Program-made: the position numbers and the translations under genes
Assembly (NCBI GenBank): GCA_963169885.1
Contig: CAUJFR010000414.1
Location: 1 to 50,936, forward strand
Direction of reading: 5' to 3'
DNA: 50,936 nucleotides
DNA from: Bacteroidota bacterium
GTDB lineage: Bacteria; Bacteroidota; Bacteroidia; Chitinophagales; Chitinophagaceae
The notes under the pieces: model-generated
Seen by the model: only the letters and a program-made list of their open reading frames with translations
Database searches by the model: none
What the model was told of the DNA's origin: nothing
In this document: positions 28,237-36,866 of the stretch, piece after piece
Layout of the letters: each line of letters starts with the position of its first letter
Numbering within the stretch: the stretch's first letter is position 1

Positions 28237-28707
28237 ATGGCATTACTGGAAGATAAAATACGTGTTAAGAAGTCCGGACTCCCCGGCGCCGGCAAAGGAC
28301 TTTTTGCGAAATCATTTATACCCAAAGGAACCCGTATCGTGGAGTATAAAGGAGATATCACCACCTGGAAAGAAGTGGATCATAAGGATGGGGATAACGG
28401 GTATATCTATTACGTTAAAAGAAATCATGTGATCGATGCCTTGCGAACTCCGGAGGCATTGGCCCGCTATGCCAACGATGCCCGTGGTATTGTCCGGGTA
28501 AAGGGTATTTCCAATAATTCGGAATACATGGAAGAGGGACTGAAAGTCTATATCACATCCGTAAAGGATATACCAGCCGGTGGGGAAATCCTGGTGGACT
28601 ATGGCCAGGAATACTGGAAAGTAATCCGACACAATATTAAAGTTGAAGCAAGACGGAAGAAGGAACGGGAAGCACTTAAAGCAAGCAAAAAAACGAAGCG
28701 GGCCTGA
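28237..28707 (+). CDS. SET-domain protein (putative lysine methyltransferase)
   Basis: SGLPGAGKGLFA, IVEYKG, IDA, ARYANDA, EILVDYG; TATATTTG at 28208-28215 supports the ATG 28237 start. Confidence 0.88.
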   Translation: MALLEDKIRVKKSGLPGAGKGLFAKSFIPKGTRIVEYKGDITTWKEVDHKDGDNGYIYYVKRNHVIDALRTPEALARYANDARGIVRVKGISNNSEYMEEGLKVYITSVKDIPAGGEILVDYGQEYWKVIRHNIKVEARRKKEREALKASKKTKRA

Positions 28708-28708
28708 T

Positions 28709-29059
28709 TCAGGATCCGGTAAGCTCTTCATAAAAGGCTTGCAGCCGGGAAGCTGACTCACGGGGAAAGGTAACCGTATTTGGAAAAACAAATGTTTCGT
28801 CAGGTCCGGGTTGCAAACGGGCTGCCAGTTCCTCCCACTTTCGGGTCCAAACAACATAATGCGCTATCAACGCTTCGGCATCCTGCAGCAGGAAACCGGG
28901 TAAGTTTGCTTTATGCTCGTCCAGCAGCTGAAGAGCTTTCCTATTATTGGCTTTCAATACCTGCGCATACCTGTATGTTTTACCAGCGGCCAGGTAAGCT
29001 TTATAATCAATCACAGATTGATCAAAAGTGGCGAGAAGTGTTTTAAGAAATTCTTTCAT
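28709..29059 (-). CDS. Hypothetical protein
   Basis: 116-aa helical ORF with ATG start filling the gap; no recognised domain. Confidence 0.65.
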   Translation of the reverse strand: MKEFLKTLLATFDQSVIDYKAYLAAGKTYRYAQVLKANNRKALQLLDEHKANLPGFLLQDAEALIAHYVVWTRKWEELAARLQPGPDETFVFPNTVTFPRESASRLQAFYEELTGS

Positions 29060-29096
29060 AAGCGCGTTTCAGTTCAAAGATAATACGCATTTCACA

Positions 29097-29615
29097 TTAT
29101 TTCCGGAATCCGATCCTGTCTCTGTCTTCCCATTTCTTTTGTTTCACTTTTTCATCCAGCAGGTTCTCCAGTACAACGTAGATCTGATTCAAACGACCAT
29201 TGTGATTACCTGTTATTTTCTTTAATGCTTTTATTTCATGAGCCAGCTCCTGGTAGTTCAATGCGTATTCTTTCAATGAAATAAATGCACGTACAATAGC
29301 GATATTCATCTGAACAGCTTTGCCTGACCGCAAAACGGATGCCAGCATGGTGACCCCGTGTTCTGTAAATGCAAATGGCAATGACGGACTATACTTTATT
29401 GAGTCGTCGAGGTTATCACAATTTGTGATAACCTCCTGCCATTCTTTTTTTGTCAGAATAAACATAAAGTCTTTCGGAAAGCGAAGCCGGTTTCTTTTCA
29501 CCGCCTGTTTTAATGAGCGGGTCTCGGTTCCGTACAATCTTGCCAGATCGAAATCCAGCATTACTTTTTGCCCCCTGATCTCATAAATGATGGATTGAAT
29601 TTTCTTTATCTGCAT
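29097..29615 (-). CDS. ORF6N (KilA-N-like) domain protein
   Basis: IRGQKVMLDFDLARLYG, QAVKRN..RFP.DFMF.L, PFAFTEHGVTMLASVLRS, IVRAF, C-terminal RIGF; start moved to ATG 29615. Confidence 0.92.
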   Translation of the reverse strand: MQIKKIQSIIYEIRGQKVMLDFDLARLYGTETRSLKQAVKRNRLRFPKDFMFILTKKEWQEVITNCDNLDDSIKYSPSLPFAFTEHGVTMLASVLRSGKAVQMNIAIVRAFISLKEYALNYQELAHEIKALKKITGNHNGRLNQIYVVLENLLDEKVKQKKWEDRDRIGFRK

Positions 29616-29720
29616 AAGATTTTTTTCAGGGTAGTAAATTATCTTATCCGATTCATCTTCTCTAATCCGGAATAACAGAAAAACAACCGGAACAACAGTT
29701 TTTTCCTGCTTACCGGGCAT

Positions 29721-29745
29721 AAAAAAACCCTGTAAACAGGGTTTT
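29721..29745 (-). terminator. Intrinsic terminator of the ATP-grasp/GCS2 operon
   Basis: Minus strand AAAACCCTG-TTTA-CAGGGTTTT followed by further Ts. Confidence 0.8.
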
Positions 29746-29763
29746 AAAACAAGGTTATGTGGG

Positions 29764-30873
29764 TTAGATTCCTGCGAGATACTGACCCTGTATGAATTTC
29801 GCCACATCCGTTAAATTTTTGGTTTGTTCAAAAACCGCCAGCTGACGGTCCGCCCCTGTGCCATGCTCCAGTATCCGGTGCACATTGGCAATCCGGTGCC
29901 GGCTGCCCAGGTGGTCCAGTACCGGATCCAGGAAATCGAGCAATTCATAGATCAGGGCCCGGGTATTCACTTCTTCTTCCTTTCCGAAGTCAATCAGGTA
30001 GCCATCCACTCCATACCGGCTGGCCCGCCATTTATTCTCATTGAGCAGGGCCCGGCTGTATTGAATAAAGTTGAGGTTCTTGGAACGCAACATATAAATC
30101 CTGGCGCAGATGGCCTGGAATAAAGCGGCCAGGGTGATGGTCTCATCTACAGTCAGCGGAATGTCGCATACCCGGAATTCCACCGTATTAAAGAAGGGGT
30201 GAACCCGGAGGTCCCACCAGATCTTTTTAGCATTATCAATACAATTGGTCTTGATCAGCAGCTTGACATAATTGTCATACGCTTCAATACTCTCAAAAGC
30301 ATCCGGAATACCGGTGCGCGGGAATTTATCAAAGACTTTGGTGCGGAAAGATTTATACCCGGTCATGCGGCCTTCCCAGAAAGGAGAGTTGGTACTCAGC
30401 GCAAAAATATGGGGCAGGAAATAGCGGGTGCTGTTGGCTATATGATTGGCCATTTCACGACTTTCCATGCCCACGTGCACATGCAATCCGAAGATCAGGT
30501 TACTCCGGGCGGCTTCCTGTAATTCATTCACTATTTCACTATACCGGATATGGTCGGTGATCAGCTGGCTTTCCCAGTGACTGAAGGGATGTGTGCCGGC
30601 AGCACCCATGGAATAGCCAAGGCTTTCGGCAATACCACTGATTGTTTTCCGAAGAGCTGCCACATCACTCCAGGCTTCGTCAATATCGGCACAGATATCC
30701 GTGCCTACTTCCACTACCGCCTGGTGCATCTCTGCCTTTACTTTGTCCTTGATCATTTTTTGTCCCTCATGTACGATGCGCTGTTCGTGACTTTTCAGCT
30801 CAAAAGTATGCGGGTCGAGGACCATGTACTCTTCTTCTACGCCGAGGGTAAAGGTTTTATAGTTGAGGTTCAT
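29764..30873 (-). CDS. Carboxylate-amine ligase, YbdK/GCS2 family
   Basis: TLGVEEE, AGTHPF, GLHVHVG, NSPFW, FPRTG, WWDLR, EFRVCD, ENKWRASRYG; start ATG 30873. Confidence 0.93.
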   Translation of the reverse strand: MNLNYKTFTLGVEEEYMVLDPHTFELKSHEQRIVHEGQKMIKDKVKAEMHQAVVEVGTDICADIDEAWSDVAALRKTISGIAESLGYSMGAAGTHPFSHWESQLITDHIRYSEIVNELQEAARSNLIFGLHVHVGMESREMANHIANSTRYFLPHIFALSTNSPFWEGRMTGYKSFRTKVFDKFPRTGIPDAFESIEAYDNYVKLLIKTNCIDNAKKIWWDLRVHPFFNTVEFRVCDIPLTVDETITLAALFQAICARIYMLRSKNLNFIQYSRALLNENKWRASRYGVDGYLIDFGKEEEVNTRALIYELLDFLDPVLDHLGSRHRIANVHRILEHGTGADRQLAVFEQTKNLTDVAKFIQGQYLAGI

Positions 30874-30880
30874 TGATTGA

Positions 30881-30986
30881 AGGTTGATAGGGTGATAAGT
30901 TGATAGGTTAACAGGTTTACAAGGCAGTTTTCTTAGTACGTACCTTGTCAACTTGTCAACCTGTCAACCTTTTAACTTGTTAACTT
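30881..30986. repeat. Inverted pair of octamer arrays (5 x ARGTTGAY facing 5 x GTCAACYT)
   Basis: aggttgat agggtgat aagttgat aggttaac aggtttac aagg-N18-cctt gtcaactt gtcaacct gtcaacct tttaactt gttaactt. Confidence 0.8.
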
Positions 30987-31928
30987 TGTACCGGCACTGC
31001 TCCGCTTCACATACTCTCCCCAGGTCAGATTGTCCTGTCCTTCTTTGAGTGAAAGGGCTTTTTCGATGGCATAATTGGCTGCGGTTTCCACCACCCATTC
31101 AAAATTTTCTGCACCTACACTGGGCAGATCCGCATCCGGTGCCGGGTTGCAGAAATCAATGGCATAGGGAATTCCATCTCTGACGGCCAGTTCAACCGTA
31201 TTAAAATCATACCCTAAGTATTTATTAATCCGCAGTACGATATCCGTCATCTGTTTCAGGCGCTCGGGTGAAGGACTGAAATCGGCCACATAACGCAGGT
31301 GATGCGGGTTGCGGGGTTCGTACGACATGATGCGGACATACTTGCCACCAATGCAATAACAGCGGTAATATTCAGTGAATACAATCTCTTCCTGTAACAG
31401 CATGACCAGCTGACCGGTTTCCGCGTGCTTCTGGAAAAAATCCTCCGGACCCGTCAGCCGGTATACGTGTTTCCAGCCACCACCGGCAAAGGGTTTCATA
31501 TAAGCGGGGAAACCGACATTACTGAAAATGGATTCCCAATCCATCGGGTAGGCGAGGTTGCTGAATGAATCATTGGACGTATCATCCGGCAGGTCACGGG
31601 AAGGAATAATCGCTGTTTTAGGAACAGGGACATCAACTTTGGTCATCAGGCAATTATTAAAGTACTTATCATCGGCACTCCACCAGAACGGATTATTGAT
31701 CACGGCTGTTCCTGTAACCGCGGCATTTTTGAGCCAGGTGCGGTAGAAGGGTACATCCTGTGAGATCCGGTCTATGATTACCGCGTAACCACTGGGTTCC
31801 CCCTGCATGGCTTTATCAATGCGGACGGGCTCGGCCACGATACCCGGCACATTTTTACTATTGACGCGGGCAATAAACGCTTCTGGAAATGAACGTTCCT
31901 TTCCATGCAGTATTCCTATTTTCTTCAT
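30972..31928 (-). CDS. RimK-like ATP-grasp ligase
   Basis: IIDRIS, INNPFWWSADDK, VPVPKT, GFPAYMKPFAGGGW, LLQEEI, ELAV..G.PYAIDFCNPAPD. Confidence 0.88.
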   Translation of the reverse strand: MKKIGILHGKERSFPEAFIARVNSKNVPGIVAEPVRIDKAMQGEPSGYAVIIDRISQDVPFYRTWLKNAAVTGTAVINNPFWWSADDKYFNNCLMTKVDVPVPKTAIIPSRDLPDDTSNDSFSNLAYPMDWESIFSNVGFPAYMKPFAGGGWKHVYRLTGPEDFFQKHAETGQLVMLLQEEIVFTEYYRCYCIGGKYVRIMSYEPRNPHHLRYVADFSPSPERLKQMTDIVLRINKYLGYDFNTVELAVRDGIPYAIDFCNPAPDADLPSVGAENFEWVVETAANYAIEKALSLKEGQDNLTWGEYVKRSSAGTKLTS

Positions 31929-31995
31929 AAAGGGGTTTTAATGATTAGTTATTGCGCCACTCCTGGGCTGACAGGCAGGGGAGAAGAGGCGTCTC

Positions 31996-32027
31996 CAAAT
32001 TTATTTTTTCGGCAGCACACCACCAAA
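31996..32027 (-). promoter_or_regulatory. Bacteroidota -33/-7 promoter for the ATP-grasp/GCS2 operon
   Basis: Minus strand TTTG (32027-32024), 20-nt spacer, TAAATTTG (32003-31996). Confidence 0.65.
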
Positions 32028-32104
32028 TTAACCGGCTCTTTTAATCACCCTTATCAAGATTAATTCCGGGACCCTTTTATGATGAAATCATTATTTTTGA
32101 AACC

Positions 32105-32929
32105 ATGCAGCAAGAAGCAAAAGAAACGGCAATGATGCGTACTGAGGATGTTTACCTTTCTTCCGAAAGTCTTCAACGGGAAGTGAAAATCAGCTTTTTT
32201 ATGCCGGCTGCCTGCCAGCCGGGCGACCCATTGAGCCTGCTGCTGATCAATGACGGGCAGGATATGGAGAAAATGCATTTCAGTTCGATATTGGATAAAC
32301 TCTATACTGCATCATCGATTGAGCCCCTGCTCTTTGCGGCCATTCATGCCGGTGAAGACCGGAAAATGGAATATGGCACCCAAATGGTTCCTGATTACAA
32401 AGAACGGGGGGCCAGGGCACCGCTGTATACGGCCTTTATATTTGATGAACTGATCCCTTTTATCCGGGAAAAGTTCAATATCCCTTCTTTCACAGAAAAA
32501 GCCTTTGCCGGTTTTTCACTGGGTGGGCTCAGTGCCCTGGATATTGTATGGAATCGCCCCGGTGAGTTTACCAAAGTTGGCGTTTTCTCCGGCTCATTCT
32601 GGTGGAGAAGTGTGGACCAGGAGGATGAAAATTACGATGATAACCTGCACCGGATCATGCACCAGCAGATCCGGGAAGGCAAGTATGCACCCTGGCTGAA
32701 ATTCTTCTTTCAATGCGGGGCTCTCGATGAACTCAAAGACCGGAATAAAAACGGGATCATAGATTCCATTGATGACACCCTGGATGTAATACGTGAACTG
32801 GAGGCCCAGGGATACAACAGGGAAACCGATATTCATTACCTCGAACTCGCCGATGGTCATCATGATGTATTCACCTGGGGAAGGGCGATGCCGGCATTTT
32901 TGAAATGGGGATGGTCTGTTAGTCGGTAG
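32105..32929 (+). CDS. Alpha/beta hydrolase, Fes-like esterase family
   Basis: LLINDGQD, nucleophile elbow GFSLGG, FSGSFWW, C-terminal GHH. Confidence 0.88.
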   Translation: MQQEAKETAMMRTEDVYLSSESLQREVKISFFMPAACQPGDPLSLLLINDGQDMEKMHFSSILDKLYTASSIEPLLFAAIHAGEDRKMEYGTQMVPDYKERGARAPLYTAFIFDELIPFIREKFNIPSFTEKAFAGFSLGGLSALDIVWNRPGEFTKVGVFSGSFWWRSVDQEDENYDDNLHRIMHQQIREGKYAPWLKFFFQCGALDELKDRNKNGIIDSIDDTLDVIRELEAQGYNRETDIHYLELADGHHDVFTWGRAMPAFLKWGWSVSR

Positions 32930-32964
32930 TCGGTAGTTAGTAGTCGGGAGTTAGTAGTCAACAG
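32916..32964. repeat. Heptamer tandem array (7 units, T[CT][AG]GTAG), same family as 14111-14173
   Basis: ctgttag tcggtag tcggtag ttagtag tcgggag ttagtag tcaacag; the second unit supplies the esterase stop codon. Confidence 0.75.
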
Positions 32965-32999
32965 CCCCTACTAAGGAAGTTTACTGGTATTTCGAGCGC

Positions 33000-33116
33000 C
33001 CCTCTTTCGCTGAACCTGCCTGTCCGGTAGGCAGGGCTACAGAGGGCAAGGAGCGAGAAATCTTGTATTTCCCCTCTCCCCCTATTAAGATTGTCATCCC
33101 GACGAAGGAGGGACCT
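33000..33116. repeat. Cluster of short REP-like palindromes
   Basis: CCTGCCTGTCCGGTAGGCAGG (33015-33035) inside a CCCTCT/AGAGGG stem; TGTCATCCCGACGAAGGAGGGA (33092-33113). Confidence 0.55.
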
Positions 33117-33210
33117 TGTATTTTATGTTGGTGTTAGCTGTTAGGTCAACAGCCCCTCCTAAGAACGCTTTATCTTTATTAACTTATAGTAACACTTTTT
33201 ACGAGATATG

Positions 33211-33306
33211 CTCGTAGCTCGTAGCTCGCAGCTCGAAACTCGCAGCTCGAAACTCGCAGCTCGTAACTCGTAACTCGTAGCTCGCAGCTCGAAACTCGTA
33301 GCTCGC
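33211..33306. repeat. Heptamer tandem array, 13 full units of CTCG[TCA]A[GA]
   Basis: Units counted directly from 33211 to 33301, plus a partial unit. Confidence 0.92.
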
Positions 33307-33319
33307 TTCGTACATAAAC

Positions 33320-33352
33320 AAAAGAGCCGGTTCATACGAACCGGCTCTTTTT
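33320..33352. terminator. Bidirectional intrinsic terminator
   Basis: AAAAGAGCCGGTTC-ATAC-GAACCGGCTCTTTT between convergent genes. Confidence 0.88.
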
Positions 33353-33370
33353 ATATTAACCTTTCAGGTA

Positions 33371-36300
33371 TTAATTGAAGATATAACGCAGACCAAACTG
33401 GATAGAATAAGTAGAACTGATACTTACATTATCACGGAAGGTCTTGGTGATGATATTTCCATTGGCAGAGGCCAGGCGGAACTGGGGAACCACGGTACCA
33501 CCCGGAACCAGCGAATTCTGGTTGGTCGGGATCAGGATAGAACTGGCGTTAATCGATTTGAATTTACCCCAATCGGAATTGATGATATTTCCAAAGTTGA
33601 AGATATCCACAGTGAACTGAACAGTGTTTCTGTTCTTTCCCACTTTCGTGAAGATATCCTGCATGAATTTAACATCCACCCGGTTCAGCCAGGGGATCTG
33701 AGCTCCGTTACGTTCAGCATACTGACCGCGGTGAGCTCTCAGATACTTATCCTGTCCGATATAGTTCTCAAACAAAGTACGTTGTGCATTCTGATCATAA
33801 ACCACCCCGTTTACAGTCTGGCTTGCAAACTGCATTGTAGCCAGATCTGATTTGGTGGGGATATAGATCAGGTCATTACCAGAAACGCCATCCCGGTTAA
33901 AATCTCCTCCATATACATAAGAGAAACGGCCGGAGATACCACCATTGTAGATCAGGGAGATCGTGGTAGCCAGGTGTTTCAGGTATTCTTTACGGTAAGA
34001 AACAAGCGCAACTACACGGTCAGGAAGTACATAGTCTGTATAACCCAGCGGTGAGGTATTGGCTCCATTTACAGTAGCTGTACCCTGCCAGGCAGACTGG
34101 GGCTGGTCACCACCACCATCATGCATATTGCCTGCCAATGATTTGGTATAGGCAAAGGAAGCATAGAAACCTTTAGAGAATGGCTTTTCTACTTTTGCAG
34201 TCAATGCAAAGTAATATCCTTTTGTTCCATTAGTGATCAGGATCGGGTTGAAAGCCGCAGTACCGCCCGGTGTCGGAACACCAGCGGAATTCAGGGTATT
34301 GATGAAACGGGTAGGTACTGTTGAGCCATAAATGGTCCGGTTATCAGGATATCCGGCTACATTCAGTGCAGAAGGACTTGCCATGTTTGGATTACTGAAG
34401 AATGCAGTATTCAGATCTTTATTGAAGATTGCTTCCAGGGTTCCAATCAGACCACCGGGTAAACGGGTATCAATAGCCAGGGTGGACTTCCAGGACTGTG
34501 GGAATTTAAATTCAGGATCCAGTGCTGTAACGGTTCCAGGTACAATGGTACCTGCCTGAGGTACACTGGCAGGACGATAAGCAGCCGGATCAGGATTGAA
34601 CGGACGGTTTACGTTATTGGCCAGTCCATTAAAGGATTGGGTAATCTGAATCATTCCATTGTCACCAGACTGGCTTACGATCCATACAAAGGGCACTTTA
34701 CCGGTGAATATACCTGTTCCACCACGGATTTGCAGGGAACGGTCACCATAAAGATCCCAGTTAAAGCCCATACGAGGAGACCACATAAGACGTGTTGAGG
34801 GCAGTAATCCTGTATTCATTTTCACACCACCGGCAAATGTCATAGCGGCTACCAATGGGTGTGTTTTAATCTGCGGAACTTCTGGATAAGTAGCACGGTC
34901 AACTCTTAAACCAAGGGTCATCCGGAAATTACGGTTAAGGGTGATTTCATCCTGTCCATACAAGGAAAGCTGAGCGAACTTAAAGGCAGAGTAGGCAGGA
35001 GCGAAATTTTTAGACAGGGAGTAAGTGATGGCGAAATCGCGGGGATCACGGCCATTCGCAAAATCAGCCCAGGTATTAAATACATAATAACTGGTGGCGA
35101 AACGCTGGAAACCATTGATGGTTTCGCTCAGGTCAAATTGACCACCTACAGTCCAGGAATGTTTACCACTGGTCCAGCTCAGGTTGTCAATAATTGAATA
35201 GGTTTTAACCTTCCGGAGATTACCAAAACTAAATGGCTCATATCCGAATGAAGTATAGGGAGCAGAAGCCGATACACCCGTAGTACTCAGGATATCCACA
35301 AAGGGGAATATCTGGCTGTCTGTCTCACGGGAGTCATTCTGATAAGTATAAGTTCCACGAAGGGTATTTGATAAACGACCCCAGTTGGAGTTCAGCTCAG
35401 CAGCCAGGGAGTACAGATTGGCACCCTGGAAGTAATTTGAATTTTTATACCAAAGGGAATTGTTGTTGGTACGACCCAGACCACCGGAATAAGTGAAACC
35501 GGCTCCCGAGGTAGATGAGCTGGGACCATTAGGCTCACCACCTTCTACCTGGCTGTAACGCACATTCATGCGATGTTTGGAATTGATGTTCCAGTCCAGG
35601 CGCATCATTACTTTCGTTCTTTCAATATCGGGTGTATAATTATCCCAGGGACCTGTCACATAACCGTAATTATCAGCCAGGTATTGGCTGATATAACGTA
35701 AAGAGTCAGCAGAAGGGCGTGCGATATTCGGAGCACTTCCAAACGCAGCAGTGGCAGAAGAAGCGATATTAGTCTGAATGGTTTTCGGCTGAGTTTCTTT
35801 TTCATAATTGAAAAAGAAGAACAGTTTGTTTTTAATGATCGGGCCGCCGATACGGAAACCAACCTGCTTAAATTCTTCATTCGGGCGGGTGAATGTAGTA
35901 TTACCTACTTTGTATCCACGCTGATTCTGATTTCTCCAGTAAGTATAAGCGGAACCACTGAACGTGTTCGTACCAGAACGGGTTACCGCGTTGATTGCAC
36001 TACCGATAAAGCCGGTCTGACGAATATCAAACGGAGTAATATTCACAGATATTTCTTCGAGGGCATCCAGGGAAATCGGGGTACCACCTGCAGGCAGGTT
36101 ACTGCCAATACCAAAGCTGTTATTAAAATCAGCCCCATCAATGGTAAAGTTATTCTGACGGTAGTTTCCTCCACCAACAGAGGCACCATTTGCCTGTGGT
36201 GTGGTTCGGGTGAGGTCATTGATACTACGGCTGATTGTCGGTAACTGGTTGATCTGACGTACACCAATATTGGTAACAGAACCAGTCCGGCTGGCATTCA

Positions 36301-36685
36301 AAATGGAACTTTTGCGTCCGCTGGTCAACACTACATTTTCCAGTGAACCGGAGGTTTTGTTCAGAGCCGGATCCAGTAAGAATGATTCAGCCAGTTGCAG
36401 GTAAACGTTTTCAAATTTACCGGCTTCGTGACCTACAAAGCTTACTTCAATTAAATAAGGGCCACCCACACGCATATTCTGGATAGAAAACTGACCACCC
36501 GCGCGGGATACTGTGGAGTATTTAGTGCCGGAGGGCTGGTGGGTTGCCACAATCGTGGCGCCAACCAGTGGCTCATCAGCATTGTTCTTCACCGTACCAT
36601 TAACAGCAGAGGTCGTAATCTGGGCAAACAGCAGGGGACTTGCCATCAGGGCTACAACTAATAAAAAGACTATTCTCTTAAGCAT
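33371..36685 (-). CDS. Oar-like TonB-dependent receptor
   Basis: Signal peptide; carboxypeptidase-regulatory-like domain (RVGGPY); NNFTIDGADFNNSFG, PISLDALEE, INAVTRSGTN; C-terminal GLRYIFN. Confidence 0.92.
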   Translation of the reverse strand: MLKRIVFLLVVALMASPLLFAQITTSAVNGTVKNNADEPLVGATIVATHQPSGTKYSTVSRAGGQFSIQNMRVGGPYLIEVSFVGHEAGKFENVYLQLAESFLLDPALNKTSGSLENVVLTSGRKSSILNASRTGSVTNIGVRQINQLPTISRSINDLTRTTPQANGASVGGGNYRQNNFTIDGADFNNSFGIGSNLPAGGTPISLDALEEISVNITPFDIRQTGFIGSAINAVTRSGTNTFSGSAYTYWRNQNQRGYKVGNTTFTRPNEEFKQVGFRIGGPIIKNKLFFFFNYEKETQPKTIQTNIASSATAAFGSAPNIARPSADSLRYISQYLADNYGYVTGPWDNYTPDIERTKVMMRLDWNINSKHRMNVRYSQVEGGEPNGPSSSTSGAGFTYSGGLGRTNNNSLWYKNSNYFQGANLYSLAAELNSNWGRLSNTLRGTYTYQNDSRETDSQIFPFVDILSTTGVSASAPYTSFGYEPFSFGNLRKVKTYSIIDNLSWTSGKHSWTVGGQFDLSETINGFQRFATSYYVFNTWADFANGRDPRDFAITYSLSKNFAPAYSAFKFAQLSLYGQDEITLNRNFRMTLGLRVDRATYPEVPQIKTHPLVAAMTFAGGVKMNTGLLPSTRLMWSPRMGFNWDLYGDRSLQIRGGTGIFTGKVPFVWIVSQSGDNGMIQITQSFNGLANNVNRPFNPDPAAYRPASVPQAGTIVPGTVTALDPEFKFPQSWKSTLAIDTRLPGGLIGTLEAIFNKDLNTAFFSNPNMASPSALNVAGYPDNRTIYGSTVPTRFINTLNSAGVPTPGGTAAFNPILITNGTKGYYFALTAKVEKPFSKGFYASFAYTKSLAGNMHDGGGDQPQSAWQGTATVNGANTSPLGYTDYVLPDRVVALVSYRKEYLKHLATTISLIYNGGISGRFSYVYGGDFNRDGVSGNDLIYIPTKSDLATMQFASQTVNGVVYDQNAQRTLFENYIGQDKYLRAHRGQYAERNGAQIPWLNRVDVKFMQDIFTKVGKNRNTVQFTVDIFNFGNIINSDWGKFKSINASSILIPTNQNSLVPGGTVVPQFRLASANGNIITKTFRDNVSISSTYSIQFGLRYIFN

Positions 36686-36866
36686 AAAGATTGGTTTTCG
36701 GTTGCAAAGAAAGGGAATATTTCCAAATTAAATATAGGCAAATATTAACAAACGACTATTGAAAAGGAATGTGTTAGAAAGACAGCCCGGGAAGCTTTTT
36801 CGCTGCCCGGTCCCGTCCGGAACCAGAACCCCGTCTGATTGTTCTATTTTTGCAAAAAAAAGGCTG

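Noticed and set aside
20627-28707. Island of eukaryote-like genes (Kir channel, ACBP, SET)
   Set aside because: Each family has established bacterial members; they are interspersed with ordinary genes, with no mobility marks or obvious compositional break
28709-29615. Prophage remnant
   Set aside because: Only an ORF6N gene and one hypothetical; no integrase, att-like repeats or virion genes
33371-36685. SusC/SusD polysaccharide utilisation locus
   Set aside because: The receptor is Oar-like, is followed by a terminator, and has no SusD or glycoside hydrolase genes
36686-36866. FMN riboswitch ahead of ribBA
   Set aside because: The -7 motif lies only about 15 nt before the ATG and no RFN consensus is visible
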